64,000 nucleotides of DNA from an uncultured Gemmatimonadales bacterium (GCA_963741945.1 CAVUKA010000001.1:1216001-1280000); one strand, 5' to 3'. Positions 38,829 through 49,557 are shown, numbered from the stretch's first letter. Numbers and translations: made by a program. Notes: generated from the letters alone by a model not told the origin.

Positions 38829-39977
38829 TCACACCCTCTCGAAGACGTGGACAACGGAGCTGCCGCCGGAGCCGCCCATATTCTGTGCGACGCCGATGTG
38901 GGCGCCCTCCACCTGGCGGTCCCCCGCCTCGCCCCTGAGCTGCTCGAAGATCTCGATGGCCTGGGCCACCCCCGTGGCGCCCACCGGGTGACCCTTGGCT
39001 TTCAGCCCGCCGCTCGTGTTCACCGGTCGCCGGCCGCCCAGCGCCGTGAATCCGCTCTTCGCCGCCTCCGAGGGGTTGCACCCGTCCGTCAGCCCCATGG
39101 CTTCGACGCAGCAGATCTCCGCGATGGAGAAGCAGTCGTGGACCTCCGCCACGTCCACGTCCGACGGCTGGATCCCGGCCATCCCGTACGCCCGCTCCGC
39201 CGACAGCCGAACGGCCGTGAGCACGGACGGGTCCTCCCGGTCGGCCAGCGCAGGAGGCGCTGTGGCGGCGCCGCTGCCGCGGATCCGAACGGGCCGATCG
39301 GTGAACTCGTGCGCGCGCTCGAGCGGGACGAGGAGCACGGCGGCGGCGCCGTCGCTCACGGGCGAGCAGTTCAGCAGGCGCAGCGGCTCCGCCACCAGCG
39401 AAGACCCGAGGACGTCCTCCACGGTGATCTCCCGCCGGTACTGGGCCCGCGGGTTCAGGGCGCCGTGCCGGTGGTTCTTCACGGCCACCCACGCCATGTC
39501 CTCCAGCGTGGTCCCGCGAGAGGCCATGTGGGCACGGGCGATCATGGCATAGAGGCCGGGAAACGTTATTCCGTGATAGGCTTCCAGCTCCTGGTCCGCG
39601 GCCGTCGCCAGCACGTTCGTGGCATCAGCGCCATCGGTCATCTTCTCCACGCCCGCGGCCAGTACGAAGTCGCTGAGCCCCGACGCCACTTCGATCCACG
39701 CCGCCCGCAGCGCCATCCCGCCGGAGGCGCACGCCGACTCGACGCGGGTCACGGGCACGCCCGCCATGCCGAGCTGGTCCGCGGCAATGGGGCCGAGGTG
39801 CTCCTGCCCCACGAACTGGCCGGCGGCCATGTTGCCCACGTAGATGGCGTCCAGGTGGTCCACCCCGGCACCGTGCAGCGCTTCCAGCGCGGCATCGGCG
39901 AACATGGTGCGCAAGCTCGAATCCCAGAGCTCGCCGAAGCTGGTCATCCCCGCACTCACTATGGCGACGTCGCGCAT
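38829..39977 (-). CDS. Thiolase (archaeal acetoacetyl-CoA thiolase / SCP-x-like)
   Basis: RVESACASG, GVEKMTD, VAVKNH, CSPVSDGAAA, AEVHDCF, NTSGGLKAKGHPVGATG, NMGG. Confidence 0.92.
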   Translation of the reverse strand: MRDVAIVSAGMTSFGELWDSSLRTMFADAALEALHGAGVDHLDAIYVGNMAAGQFVGQEHLGPIAADQLGMAGVPVTRVESACASGGMALRAAWIEVASGLSDFVLAAGVEKMTDGADATNVLATAADQELEAYHGITFPGLYAMIARAHMASRGTTLEDMAWVAVKNHRHGALNPRAQYRREITVEDVLGSSLVAEPLRLLNCSPVSDGAAAVLLVPLERAHEFTDRPVRIRGSGAATAPPALADREDPSVLTAVRLSAERAYGMAGIQPSDVDVAEVHDCFSIAEICCVEAMGLTDGCNPSEAAKSGFTALGGRRPVNTSGGLKAKGHPVGATGVAQAIEIFEQLRGEAGDRQVEGAHIGVAQNMGGSGGSSVVHVFERV

Positions 39978-40043
39978 GCAGCCTCCTCGGTTTTCCGCCC
40001 GCCGGCCCCGCCGGCTCCTGGTCCACCCCGCGCCCGTGCGAGG

Positions 40044-41090
40044 TCAGTCGTTCATCCGGATCTTCTCGCGCAGCTTGACATACTCGCCATAGGTGAGATA
40101 GCGACGCGGCCCGTCCAGCATGCTCCGCACAGTGGGCGCCCGGTCGCGTCGCTCCACGAGGGCGTCCGTAGTGCGCAGCACGAACGAGTCGCTGCCGGCG
40201 CCGGAGCCGAACGACGTGATCAGCACCAGCCGGTCCGCCTCGACGATGTCCAGCGCGGCTGCGAGCCCGGTGGGCGAGCTGCCGGAGTACGTGTTCCCCA
40301 TGGTCGGCACGATCCACCCGGGCTCCAGCTGCTCCCGCGTGAAGCCGAGCTGCTTTCCCGCGCTGAGCGGGAACTTCCCGTTCGGCATGTGGAAGACCGC
40401 GTAGCGGAAGTCGGACGGCTTCAGTCCCGTCCGCTCCAGGATGAGCCGCGTGGCGCTCAGCACGTGCTTGAAGTACGCCGGCTCGCCGGTGAAGCGGCCG
40501 CCGTGCCGGGGATAGAACTCCCCTTCCCTGCGCCAGAAGTCCGGCGTGTCCGTGGTGAAGCTGACCGCGTCCACCACGTCCGCCATGACGTCGTCCCTGC
40601 CGAAGATGTAGGCGCTGCCGCCGGCGGAGGCGGAGTATTCGAGCGCATCGCTCGGCGCGCCCTGCGACGTGTCCGCCCCGATCCCCATCGCGTACTCCAT
40701 CCGCCCGGACTCCACCAGTCCGAGGGCCACGAACATCGCTTCCGTACCCGCCTTGCACGCGAACTCGAAGTCCGCCACGTGCACTTCCGGGCCGATCCCC
40801 AGCGCCTCGATCACCGCCGTGCCGCTGGGCTTCACCGCGTACGGGTGGCTCTCGGAGCCGATGTAGAGCGCGCCCACCTTCTGCGGATCGATGCCCGCGC
40901 GGGCCAGCGCCGCCCGCCCCGCCGCGACCGAAATGGTGATGGTGTCCTCGTCCAGGCCGGGCACCGACTTCTCCTGGAGCAGCAGACCGCTGCGGATCGT
41001 CTCCGCGTCCTTCCCCCACTGGTGTGCGATCTCCTCCGCCCGGATCCGGTTGCGGGGGATGTAGGCGCCGTAGCCGACTATGCCTGCCAT
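40044..41090 (-). CDS. Hydroxymethylglutaryl-CoA synthase, archaeal type
   Basis: GIVGYGAYIP, EKSVP..DEDT, GSESHPYAVKP, EFACKAGT, DTPDFWRR, RFTGEPAYF, FHMPNGKFP, GNTYSGS, SFGSGAGSD. Confidence 0.92.
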   Translation of the reverse strand: MAGIVGYGAYIPRNRIRAEEIAHQWGKDAETIRSGLLLQEKSVPGLDEDTITISVAAGRAALARAGIDPQKVGALYIGSESHPYAVKPSGTAVIEALGIGPEVHVADFEFACKAGTEAMFVALGLVESGRMEYAMGIGADTSQGAPSDALEYSASAGGSAYIFGRDDVMADVVDAVSFTTDTPDFWRREGEFYPRHGGRFTGEPAYFKHVLSATRLILERTGLKPSDFRYAVFHMPNGKFPLSAGKQLGFTREQLEPGWIVPTMGNTYSGSSPTGLAAALDIVEADRLVLITSFGSGAGSDSFVLRTTDALVERRDRAPTVRSMLDGPRRYLTYGEYVKLREKIRMND

Positions 41091-41497
41091 GGGACCTCCA
41101 GCCGTGGGACGCGCGCGCGCACCGGGCGGCGAGCGTCAGGGGATGCGTGGGATGCCGGGGACGCACGGGTCCTCCGGCGTCCTCGGAAAGCACGGGCGCC
41201 GCGACCGCACGATGGTCGCGGATGTGCCAGCAAGCGCATTGGGGTAGCCTCCCGGGGAAGCCGTGCTGCCTGCCGGGGCCGTGGGTAGGGGGGACGGCCC
41301 GACTCCGGTCAAAGTCGGACAGCCGGCGGAGCGCGTCAAGGGAGGCCGGCCTCTGCGGCCGGGCGGGCGTTCCACGACCGGCCGTGAAGAGAATCCTTTT
41401 GCCCGGCCCCGCGCCGCCGCTACCTTGAAGCGGCCGGAACCCCGGCCCACGGGCGCTGGCGCCCGGTCTCCGATCCCAACCCAGTGAGGAACCACCC

Positions 41498-41911
41498 ATG
41501 TCGCGTCGGACCTCTCCCCGTACCCGCATCGCCGCCGTGCTTTCCTCGGCCGCTCTCCTGGCCCTTGTCGCGGCTGCGCCGGCACACCGACCCCAGCGGC
41601 AGGTCGTGCGGATCACGATCTCCATGGACAGTACCGGAGCGGTGGTGGTGGATCCCGAGCAGGCCCACGTCAACCCCGGCACCCGCATCGAGTGGACGAG
41701 CGATCTCCCGTTCGGGCTGGCCGTGCAGCGCGAGGCGGACCTCTTCGGGAATACGCTCCCGCCGCAGGCGCTGCAGGGGCAGAAGAACCGGCCGGTCGGC
41801 GTGGGCATCGGCGCGAACGCGCCCGAGGGGAGCTACAAGTACGCGGTCGGCGTCTGGGACGGAACGAGCGTCTCGGTGAGGGACCCGGAGATCATCGTCG
41901 GGGGCCACTAG
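41498..41911 (+). CDS. Secreted small beta-sandwich (cupredoxin-like) hypothetical protein
   Basis: RBS GAGGA; signal peptide; VVDP..AHV.PG..IEW, GSYKYAV, DPEIIV. Confidence 0.65.
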   Translation: MSRRTSPRTRIAAVLSSAALLALVAAAPAHRPQRQVVRITISMDSTGAVVVDPEQAHVNPGTRIEWTSDLPFGLAVQREADLFGNTLPPQALQGQKNRPVGVGIGANAPEGSYKYAVGVWDGTSVSVRDPEIIVGGH

Positions 41912-41962
41912 CAGTTGCGGAGGACGCCCGCCCGGTCCCGCGCCGCGAGCGGGCGAGGCGCG

Positions 41963-43840
41963 CTACCGGACGGAGTCGGCCACGAGCGCCTGGAAGCGCG
42001 TCGAGTCCGCCAGCGGGCGCCACCACCAGTCCTGGGCGATGTAGGACCGGCGCTGCGGCTGCTGCTCCAGGAAGCGGGTCAGCAGGGCCAGCGCGCGCGT
42101 GGGATCCCCGAGCTGTAGCCAGACGTTCGCTTCATAGTAGTCGAGCCACGGGCTCGGCTCCTCGTCGGCGCGAACCGCCGCGATCAGCGCGCGGGCGCTG
42201 TCCGGCTGTCCGGCGCGGGCCAGGACGGCGGCCACCTGCAGGTGACCGTGTGCCCAGACGCTGAAGCCGTAGCCCTGCTCTACCGCGTGCACCAGCGCCC
42301 ACGCCGAGTCCACGGCCAGCGGCGGACCCGCCCAGCCGGCGGACACCACGAGCAGCTCGGCCGCGAACAGCGGCTCGGCGGGGTAGCGGTGCCGCCCCTC
42401 CGCCGCGAACTCCGCCGCGCGGTCGAAACGCTCCAGCTCCAGCCACACGTGGGAGAGCGTGAACAGGATGTCGCTCTCGGCATGGATCAGGAACGGGTCC
42501 GCCGCGAGCGCCCGGTCCGCAGCCAGCGCCGCTTCCCCGAACTCGCCCCGCGACCGGAGCACTTCCGCCAACCCCACCCACGCTTCCGCGTTGCCGGAGT
42601 CCGCCGCCACCGCGCGCCGGTAGTCCGACTCCGCCTGGTCCACCAGCGCCTCGGCCGAGTCGCCCCCCACCCAGCTCAGCCGGTATTCGAGCCGCCCGCG
42701 CCACGCAAGCGCTTCCGAGTTCCGGGGCGACATCTGGAGCGCCTGCTCGACCAGCGACAGCCCCCGGCGCAGCGGCTCGGCCGCGCTGTCCGACAGCTGC
42801 GCGCGCACCTGCCCCGTCCGGATCACGGTCCCCCCCAGCCGCACGGCTGCACGGCCCAGCAGCGGCTCGATCCAGCGCGGGTCCAGGCGCATGGCCACGG
42901 CGAACAGCGAGTCCGCCTCATCGAGACGTTCCAGCGCACCGGGCTTGTCGCCGAGCGCCCACGCCAGCGTGTCCGACTGCTCCACCAGCCCGTGGGCCCG
43001 TTGCACCGCCGCCCACGCACGGCCACTGCGCGTGCCGTGGCGCGCATCGACCACCTCCAGCTCACGCCCCAGCCGCTGACCCAGCTTCCTCGCCGCTTCC
43101 GCCACGATCTCGTCCCGCAGCTCCAGCACGTCCTCCCCGCTCCGCTCCAGCCGCAGGCTCAGCGTATGGGCCCCCGTCCGCGCGTCGATCATCTGCACCG
43201 TCGCCCGCAGCTGGTCCCCGTCCGATTCCACGCTCCCCTCCACGATCGTCCCCGCGCTCAGCGCCCTCGCCACGCTGTCCAGCGGAACCGAGGCGTTGCG
43301 GAACTGCTTCACCCCGTTGCGGGACACCACCTCCAGCCGCCCGATCTGCGCCAGCTCGTGGATCAGCGCTTCCGTCAGCCCGTCCGCCACGTACCCGAGC
43401 TGGTGACCCTCCGAGAAGTCGTCGAAGTAGAGGACCGCGACACGCGCCGGATTCAGCGACGCGGCCGTCAGGCTCCCGGGGTGAAGCCACATCCCTCGCG
43501 CTCCCCAACCCACCAGCACGGTCGTGAGCAGCGTCACCGCCGCCAGCCCCATCCGCACCTCCGAGCGCACCGCCCGATCCGGCTCCCCCTCCGCGCGACG
43601 CACACCCGCCGGTGTGATGTCGAACGCCCAGGAGAGCACCAGCACCAGCGGCAGCCCCAGGATCGCGAGGATCACCACCGCACGCGGCGCCCAGTCCGGA
43701 AGGAAGAGCAGCGGGAAGACCGTCGACGTCACTTCGATCGCCGCCCACGACGCCACCAGGTAGATGCCCGCAGTCCGGAATACCCGCCGCCGGCTCAGCT
43801 CCTTCGTCAGTCCGGTCAGGCGCTCCAGGAAATCAGACAC
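41963..43840 (-). CDS. Membrane protein with TolB-N-like domain and TPR repeats
   Basis: ELSRRRVFR.A.IY...W, three TMs, WAFDITP.G; VAVLYF.D.S, ADGLTEALI..LA, VSRN, VEGSV; TPR-like helices; GTG 43840. Confidence 0.8.
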   Translation of the reverse strand: MSDFLERLTGLTKELSRRRVFRTAGIYLVASWAAIEVTSTVFPLLFLPDWAPRAVVILAILGLPLVLVLSWAFDITPAGVRRAEGEPDRAVRSEVRMGLAAVTLLTTVLVGWGARGMWLHPGSLTAASLNPARVAVLYFDDFSEGHQLGYVADGLTEALIHELAQIGRLEVVSRNGVKQFRNASVPLDSVARALSAGTIVEGSVESDGDQLRATVQMIDARTGAHTLSLRLERSGEDVLELRDEIVAEAARKLGQRLGRELEVVDARHGTRSGRAWAAVQRAHGLVEQSDTLAWALGDKPGALERLDEADSLFAVAMRLDPRWIEPLLGRAAVRLGGTVIRTGQVRAQLSDSAAEPLRRGLSLVEQALQMSPRNSEALAWRGRLEYRLSWVGGDSAEALVDQAESDYRRAVAADSGNAEAWVGLAEVLRSRGEFGEAALAADRALAADPFLIHAESDILFTLSHVWLELERFDRAAEFAAEGRHRYPAEPLFAAELLVVSAGWAGPPLAVDSAWALVHAVEQGYGFSVWAHGHLQVAAVLARAGQPDSARALIAAVRADEEPSPWLDYYEANVWLQLGDPTRALALLTRFLEQQPQRRSYIAQDWWWRPLADSTRFQALVADSVR

Positions 43841-44130
43841 GGGCCCCGGCCCTCTCTCGCCGGCCGTCCGGCCGAGGGTGGGTGCCGCGCGAGCGCGTGG
43901 GGAGAGCGTCCATGGATTCCCGGGCAGCGGGTGGGAAGGCGAACCTGTAAGATGTGGGGCGGGGGGTCCGGAGATCAAGAATCATGATCGACTACCGCGC
44001 CCCCGAGCGGCCCCACCGGCTGCTCGCGGGCCCCTGCCGTTGTCCGCGCGTGCCTGAACGCCGTATCTTCATCCTCCCACCGGCTGACGCCGGTGGCTTC
44101 CCACACCTGCAACCCGACCCGGAGAGATCC

Positions 44131-47100
44131 ATGCGGCGCTTCCCGCGCGGCCGGTGCCTGCCATCGCTGCCGTCCGTCCTCCTCCTCGCCCTCCTCGGAC
44201 CCGTGGCCGTCGCGGCCCAGCAGCAGGCGGGCGCTGCCGTGGCGGAGCGGCACGACGCGGCGATCGCGCCTCCGCAGCCTGCGGCGTTCGCGGGGCTGGA
44301 GTACCGGCTGGTGGGTCCGTTCGCGGGCGGGCGGCTGACGCGCGTGGCGGGGATCGCCGGGGATCCGCTCACGTACTACATCGCGGCCGCGTCGGGGGGC
44401 GTGTGGAAGAGCGTGGACGGCGGGCACGCGTGGAAGCCGATCTTCGACGACCAGCCCACGTCGTCCATCGGCGCCATCGCGGTGGCGCCGTCGGACCCGA
44501 ACGTGGTGTACGTGGGTGCGGGCGAGGCGAACGTGCGGGGGAACACGGCGGCGGGCGACGGGATCTACCGTTCTCTCGACGCGGGGAAGACGTGGGAGCA
44601 CGTCTGGAGGCAGGAGGGGCAGATCGGGGAGATCGCGGTGGATCGCCGGAACGCCGATGTCGCGTATGCGGCCGTGCTGGGCCACGCGTTCGGTCCGAAT
44701 CCGGAGCGCGGCGTCTACCGCACCGTGGATGGCGGGAAGACCTGGGTCCAGGTGTTGAAGAAGGACGAAGACACGGGCGCGTCGGCGGTGGCGCTCGACC
44801 CGTCGAACCCGAACATCGTCTTCGCCGGCTTCTGGCAGATGCGGCGCACGCCCTGGTCCATGACCAGCGGCGGACCGGGCAGCGGGCTCTACGTCTCCCG
44901 GGATGGCGGCGACAGCTGGAAGCAGCTAACCGGCCGCGGCCTCCCGGAAGGCATCTGGGGCAAGGTGGGGGTGGCGGTGGCACCCTCGGACGGGGACCGC
45001 GTCTACGCCATCATCGAAGCCGATGAAGGTGGCCTCTTCCGCTCCGACGACGGGGGCGACAGCTGGGACCGGGTGAACGACTCGCGCATGCTCACGCAGC
45101 GCGCCTGGTATTACGCCACCCTCACCATCGACCCCACGAACCCGGACCGCGTGTGGTTCCCCAACGTCCCGCTGGTGCGCACCATCGACGGCGGGAAGAC
45201 CGTGGAGATCGTGGAGGCTCCTCACGGCGACCACCACGACGTCTGGATCGACCCGCGGAACCCGGATCGCATGATCGACGGCCACGATGGCGGGGTGGCC
45301 ATCTCCACGGACGGCGGCGAGACGTGGCTGAGCCCCCCGCTGGCGCTGGGACAGTTCTACCACATCGCCACGGACAGCCGGAATCCGTACCGGGTCCAGG
45401 GCGCCATGCAGGACCTGGGCACGGCGCAGGCGCCGAACAACAGTCTTCGCGTGGGCGGGATCACGGACGCGGACTGGCGGGATGTGGGCGGCGGCGAGGC
45501 CGGCTTCGTTGTGTCGGACCCGGAGGACCCCGACGTCGTCTACGCGGGCGAGTACCTGGGGATCATTACGCGCCACGACGATCGCACGGGCGAGTCGCGG
45601 AACGTGAGCGCGTACCCGGAGAACCCGAGCGGCCACGGCGACATCGACGCGGAGTACCGCTTCCAGTGGACCGCCCCCATCGCCGCCAGCCCCAACGAGC
45701 CCGGCGTGATCTACCATGGCGCGCAGGTGCTTTTCCGGAGCGCGGACGGCGGGCAGACCTGGACGAAGATCAGCCCGGACCTGACGCGCAACGACACCAC
45801 GAAGCAGCGCTGGACGGGCGGCCCCATCACCGGCGACAACACGGGCGTGGAGTACTACGCCACGATTTTCGCAGTGGCGGAGTCGCCGCTGGAGAAGGGG
45901 CTGATCTGGGTGGGGAGCGACGATGGCCTGGTGCACGTCACGCGCGACGGCGGCCAGCACTGGACGGACGTGACGAAGGGGATGAAGGGCGCGCCCGAGT
46001 GGGGGACCATCGACATGGTCGAGCCCTCCCCCTTCGACGCCGCCACGGCGTACGTGGTGGTGGACGCGCACCGGCTCGACGACATGACGCCGTACCTCTA
46101 CCGCACCACCGACTACGGGAAGTCGTGGCAGCGGATCGACGGCGGTCTCCCGCGCCACACGTACCTGCACGCGGTGCGCGCGGACCCGGAGAAGCGGGGG
46201 CTGCTGTACGCGGGGACGGAGCACGGGGTCGTGATGTCGCCGGACGAGGGGAAGACGTGGCTCGGGCTGGACCTCAATCTGCCCACCGTGGCCGTGCACG
46301 ACCTGGTGGTGAAGGACAACGACCTGGTCCTCGGCACGCACGGCCGCGGCGTCTGGATCCTGGACGACCTCACCCCGATCCGGGAGTGGGGCGACGCCGT
46401 CGCCAGCCGCGACCTGGCCCTCTTCCCGCCCGTCACCACCACGGCCTGGCGCTACCGCTACACGTGGGCGGACGGCCCCGCGGGCGAGAACCCGCCCCGC
46501 GGCGCCATCGTCAACTACTGGCTCGGGGGGAAGCCGACCGGCGAGCTGAAGCTGGAAGTGCTCGACGCCACGGGCGCGGTGGTCCGCACGCTGAGCAGCG
46601 TGGCGAAGCCGATGGACCACTACTCCGAGTACGAGGAGCAGCCGGAGCCGGAGCTGACCACCGACTCCGCCCGGATCCAGCGCGCGATATGGGACCTCCG
46701 CCTCGAAGGAGCCAGGCGGATCCCTGGCGCCATGATCGACACCGGCGACCCGGCCGACGCGCCCTCCGCGCCTCCCGGCCGCTACACCCTCCGCCTGTCC
46801 GCCGACGGCGACACGGTCAGCTCCACGTTCATGGTAGTGCCGGATCCGCGCGTGCGCTTGACGGACGAAGACCGCGCCGCGCAGCTGGCGTTCGCCCGGG
46901 AGCTCCGGAGCGCGCTGGACCGGCTGGCGGATGGCGTCGCCCGGCTCAGGAGCGTGCGCGAGCAGCTGGTGGCCCGCACCGCCCGGCTGGCAGATCGGCC
47001 GGACGCGGCGGAGCTGCTGTCGAAGTCTGAAGCGCTGGTGGCGAAGCTGGACGCGCTCGAGCAGCGCATGTACTCCCCGGACGCGGACGTCACGTACGAT

Positions 47101-47343
47101 ATCCTGGCGAAGGGGAGCCGCTTCTACTCGCGGCTCACGCCACTGTACATGTGGGCCCTGGAGGGGGATGGCGCGCCCACGCAGGGGATGCGCGAGGTCT
47201 GGGCGGCGCAGCAGACGGAGCTGGAGGGATACCTGAGCGAGCTGGACACGCTGTTCGCGACGGACCTCCGGGAGATCAACTCCATGGCGGAGCGGCTGGG
47301 AATCCCCTATGTCGTGGAGAACGGGGAGACCCCGCAGGGGTGA
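44131..47343 (+). CDS. Secreted BNR/Asp-box beta-propeller protein (VPS10/sortilin-like, putative glycosyl hydrolase)
   Basis: Signal peptide; many SxDGGxTW repeats; GP..GGR, GDHH.VWIDP, RFQWTAPI, GTHGRG.W; helical C-terminus. Confidence 0.9.
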   Translation: MRRFPRGRCLPSLPSVLLLALLGPVAVAAQQQAGAAVAERHDAAIAPPQPAAFAGLEYRLVGPFAGGRLTRVAGIAGDPLTYYIAAASGGVWKSVDGGHAWKPIFDDQPTSSIGAIAVAPSDPNVVYVGAGEANVRGNTAAGDGIYRSLDAGKTWEHVWRQEGQIGEIAVDRRNADVAYAAVLGHAFGPNPERGVYRTVDGGKTWVQVLKKDEDTGASAVALDPSNPNIVFAGFWQMRRTPWSMTSGGPGSGLYVSRDGGDSWKQLTGRGLPEGIWGKVGVAVAPSDGDRVYAIIEADEGGLFRSDDGGDSWDRVNDSRMLTQRAWYYATLTIDPTNPDRVWFPNVPLVRTIDGGKTVEIVEAPHGDHHDVWIDPRNPDRMIDGHDGGVAISTDGGETWLSPPLALGQFYHIATDSRNPYRVQGAMQDLGTAQAPNNSLRVGGITDADWRDVGGGEAGFVVSDPEDPDVVYAGEYLGIITRHDDRTGESRNVSAYPENPSGHGDIDAEYRFQWTAPIAASPNEPGVIYHGAQVLFRSADGGQTWTKISPDLTRNDTTKQRWTGGPITGDNTGVEYYATIFAVAESPLEKGLIWVGSDDGLVHVTRDGGQHWTDVTKGMKGAPEWGTIDMVEPSPFDAATAYVVVDAHRLDDMTPYLYRTTDYGKSWQRIDGGLPRHTYLHAVRADPEKRGLLYAGTEHGVVMSPDEGKTWLGLDLNLPTVAVHDLVVKDNDLVLGTHGRGVWILDDLTPIREWGDAVASRDLALFPPVTTTAWRYRYTWADGPAGENPPRGAIVNYWLGGKPTGELKLEVLDATGAVVRTLSSVAKPMDHYSEYEEQPEPELTTDSARIQRAIWDLRLEGARRIPGAMIDTGDPADAPSAPPGRYTLRLSADGDTVSSTFMVVPDPRVRLTDEDRAAQLAFARELRSALDRLADGVARLRSVREQLVARTARLADRPDAAELLSKSEALVAKLDALEQRMYSPDADVTYDILAKGSRFYSRLTPLYMWALEGDGAPTQGMREVWAAQQTELEGYLSELDTLFATDLREINSMAERLGIPYVVENGETPQG

Positions 47344-47383
47344 CGGCCGGCGCTTCAGGCGCGGCCCCCAAACGGAGCCGGGG

Positions 47384-48994
47384 ATGGTGGAACGTGTGAT
47401 GATACGGCGGAAGGGCGGCGCGATCGTGGGTGGCGTCCTTCTGCTCTTCGGTCTCTACATCACGAGCCGGTACAGCTACCTGCTCTTCCACACGCTCATC
47501 GAGATGTTCACGGTGGTGGTGACCAGCGGCGTGTTCGTCATCGCGTGGAACGCCCGGGCCAGCCTTCACAACAACTATCTCCTGCTGGTGGGCGTGGCGT
47601 CCATTTTCGTGGCGCTGGTGGACCTGTTGCACGCCATCGCCTATGAGGGAATGGGCGTGTTCCCCCGGTTCGGGTCGGACCTGCCCACGCAGCTCTGGCT
47701 GGCCGGCCGCTGGATCCAGGCGCTCGCCCTCTTCGCCGCTCCGTTCTTCCTCGGGCGGCGGCTGCGCGTGTCCACCGTAGCCACGGCGTTCGGGCTGCTC
47801 ACGGCCGTTTTCCTCGTCGCAATCTTCCAAGGGCGCGTATTCCCCACCGCTTTCGCTGATGGCGTGGGGCTCACGTCATTCAAGAAGGTCAGCGAATACG
47901 CCATCTCCCTTGTCCTGCTCGCCGCCACGGCCCTGCTCTGGCGGAAGCGCGAGGCATTCGACCCGTGGGTGTGGCGCCTTCTCACTGCGTCCCTCGTCCT
48001 CACCATCGCGTCGGAGCTCACCTTCACCTTCTACCTGACCGTTTACGGTGAGACCAACCTGGTCGGGCACTTCCTGCGCCTGCTGGCGTTCTACGCGCTC
48101 TACAAGGCCGTCATCGAGACGGGACTCGTGCGGCCCCAGGCCATCCTGCTGCGCGACCTCCGGCACTCGCAGGAGCAGTTGCGCGCCCACGCGGACACCC
48201 TGGAGCGGCGCAACGATGAGCTCCGCCGGTCCGAGCGGCAGCTGCGCGATCAGGCGTTCACGCTGACGCAGCGAAACCAGGAGCTGGACGCGTTCGCCCA
48301 CACGGTGGCCCACGACCTCAAGAACCCGCTCGCGGTGATCGTCACCAACACGGAAATGGTCATCGAGTCGGACACCCTCGCGGCGGAGCGGAAGAGGACG
48401 CTGCTGCACCGGATCCGCTCGACGGCGGACAAGATGAACCGGATCATCAATGCGCTGCTCCTCCTCTCGAAGGTGCGCAGGATCGAAGCGCCGCGGGAGC
48501 TGGTGCACATGGACCGCATCGTCGACAGGGTCCGTGACGGGCTCAGCGAGATGATCGCGTCCGCCGACGCCCGGCTCACCTTACCGGACCACTGGCCGGC
48601 GGCGCAGGGGTTCGCGCCGTGGATCGAGGAGATCTGGGCCAACTACCTGAGCAACGCGCTGCGCTACGGCCGGAGCGCGCCGGGGCATCCCCCGGAGATC
48701 GAGCTGGGCGCCGATCCGCAGCAGGATGGCACCGTCCGGTTCTGGGTCCGTGACCACGGCCCTGGCGTGCCCCCCGAGGCACGCTCCGATCTGTTCGCCC
48801 CGTTCACCCAGCTCGGGAAGGTATCCGGCCCCCGTACCGGTCACGGCCTGGGCCTCTCCATCGTGGTCCAGCTCGTCGAGAAGCTGGGCGGCAGCGCGGG
48901 GATGGAGGACGCCCCCGGCGGTGGCAGCCTGTTCTACTTCACGCTCCCGGCCGCGTCGTCACCGGAGGCCGCGCCCACCCACGCGGGCCGTTAG
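47384..48994 (+). CDS. Membrane sensor histidine kinase (MASE3-like N-terminus)
   Basis: YLLFHTLIEMF, DLLHAIAYEGM, TQLWLAGR; H-box AHDLKNPL, NYLSNALRY, DHGPG, GLGLSIV. Confidence 0.9.
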   Translation: MVERVMIRRKGGAIVGGVLLLFGLYITSRYSYLLFHTLIEMFTVVVTSGVFVIAWNARASLHNNYLLLVGVASIFVALVDLLHAIAYEGMGVFPRFGSDLPTQLWLAGRWIQALALFAAPFFLGRRLRVSTVATAFGLLTAVFLVAIFQGRVFPTAFADGVGLTSFKKVSEYAISLVLLAATALLWRKREAFDPWVWRLLTASLVLTIASELTFTFYLTVYGETNLVGHFLRLLAFYALYKAVIETGLVRPQAILLRDLRHSQEQLRAHADTLERRNDELRRSERQLRDQAFTLTQRNQELDAFAHTVAHDLKNPLAVIVTNTEMVIESDTLAAERKRTLLHRIRSTADKMNRIINALLLLSKVRRIEAPRELVHMDRIVDRVRDGLSEMIASADARLTLPDHWPAAQGFAPWIEEIWANYLSNALRYGRSAPGHPPEIELGADPQQDGTVRFWVRDHGPGVPPEARSDLFAPFTQLGKVSGPRTGHGLGLSIVVQLVEKLGGSAGMEDAPGGGSLFYFTLPAASSPEAAPTHAGR

Positions 48995-49053
48995 CTGCTC
49001 CCCCGAGGGGCGCTCGGGTTGCCGAGCGCTCCGCCGCTCGTCATCATGCCACC

Positions 49054-49557
49054 ATGAGCGATTCCAAACGATCCTTCTTCGAGCGCCGCATGCACGTCCC
49101 TCCCCGGGCCAATGGGGGCGACGAACCGGCGGCGAAGGAGCACGGCCGCCATGCGGCACCGGACGCCGAGCGGCAGCGACTCCACGTGGCCGCCTGCGCG
49201 CTCCTCCTGGAGCTCGCCCACGCCGACGACGAGTTCAGCGAAACGGAGCGGCTGCACATCGAGGCCGTACTCCGGCGCCACTTCGATCTCGATGAGGAAA
49301 CGGCGGAAGAGCTGATGCGGCTGGCGGAGGAGGAGCGGGAGTCCGCCATCGATCTCTTCCAGTTCACCAGCCTGATCCGCTCCAGCTACGATCTCGGCCA
49401 GAAGACGCTCCTGGCCGAGATCATGTGGGGGCTGGTGCTGGCGGACGGCGAGATCGCCCGGCACGAGGCATACATGCTCCGCAAGATCGCCAACCTGCTG
49501 GACCTCGAGCCCGGCTACCTGTCCGCGGCCCGGAAGCGAGCGGCGGAGGGAGACTAA
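49054..49557 (+). CDS. TerB-family (tellurite resistance-like) protein
   Basis: ALLLELAHADDEFSETE, DLFQFT, MWGLVLADGEI..HE...RKIANLL. Confidence 0.88.
   Translation: MSDSKRSFFERRMHVPPRANGGDEPAAKEHGRHAAPDAERQRLHVAACALLLELAHADDEFSETERLHIEAVLRRHFDLDEETAEELMRLAEEERESAIDLFQFTSLIRSSYDLGQKTLLAEIMWGLVLADGEIARHEAYMLRKIANLLDLEPGYLSAARKRAAEGD

Noticed and set aside
38424-41090. PhlABC-type polyketide acyltransferase cluster
   Set aside because: The synthase keeps the HMG-CoA synthase catalytic Cys/His/Asn motifs and no type III PKS is nearby.
41091-41497. Structured ncRNA in the long HMG-CoA synthase leader
   Set aside because: Only short 6-7 bp GC hairpins were seen, which are expected by chance, with no recognisable family motif.
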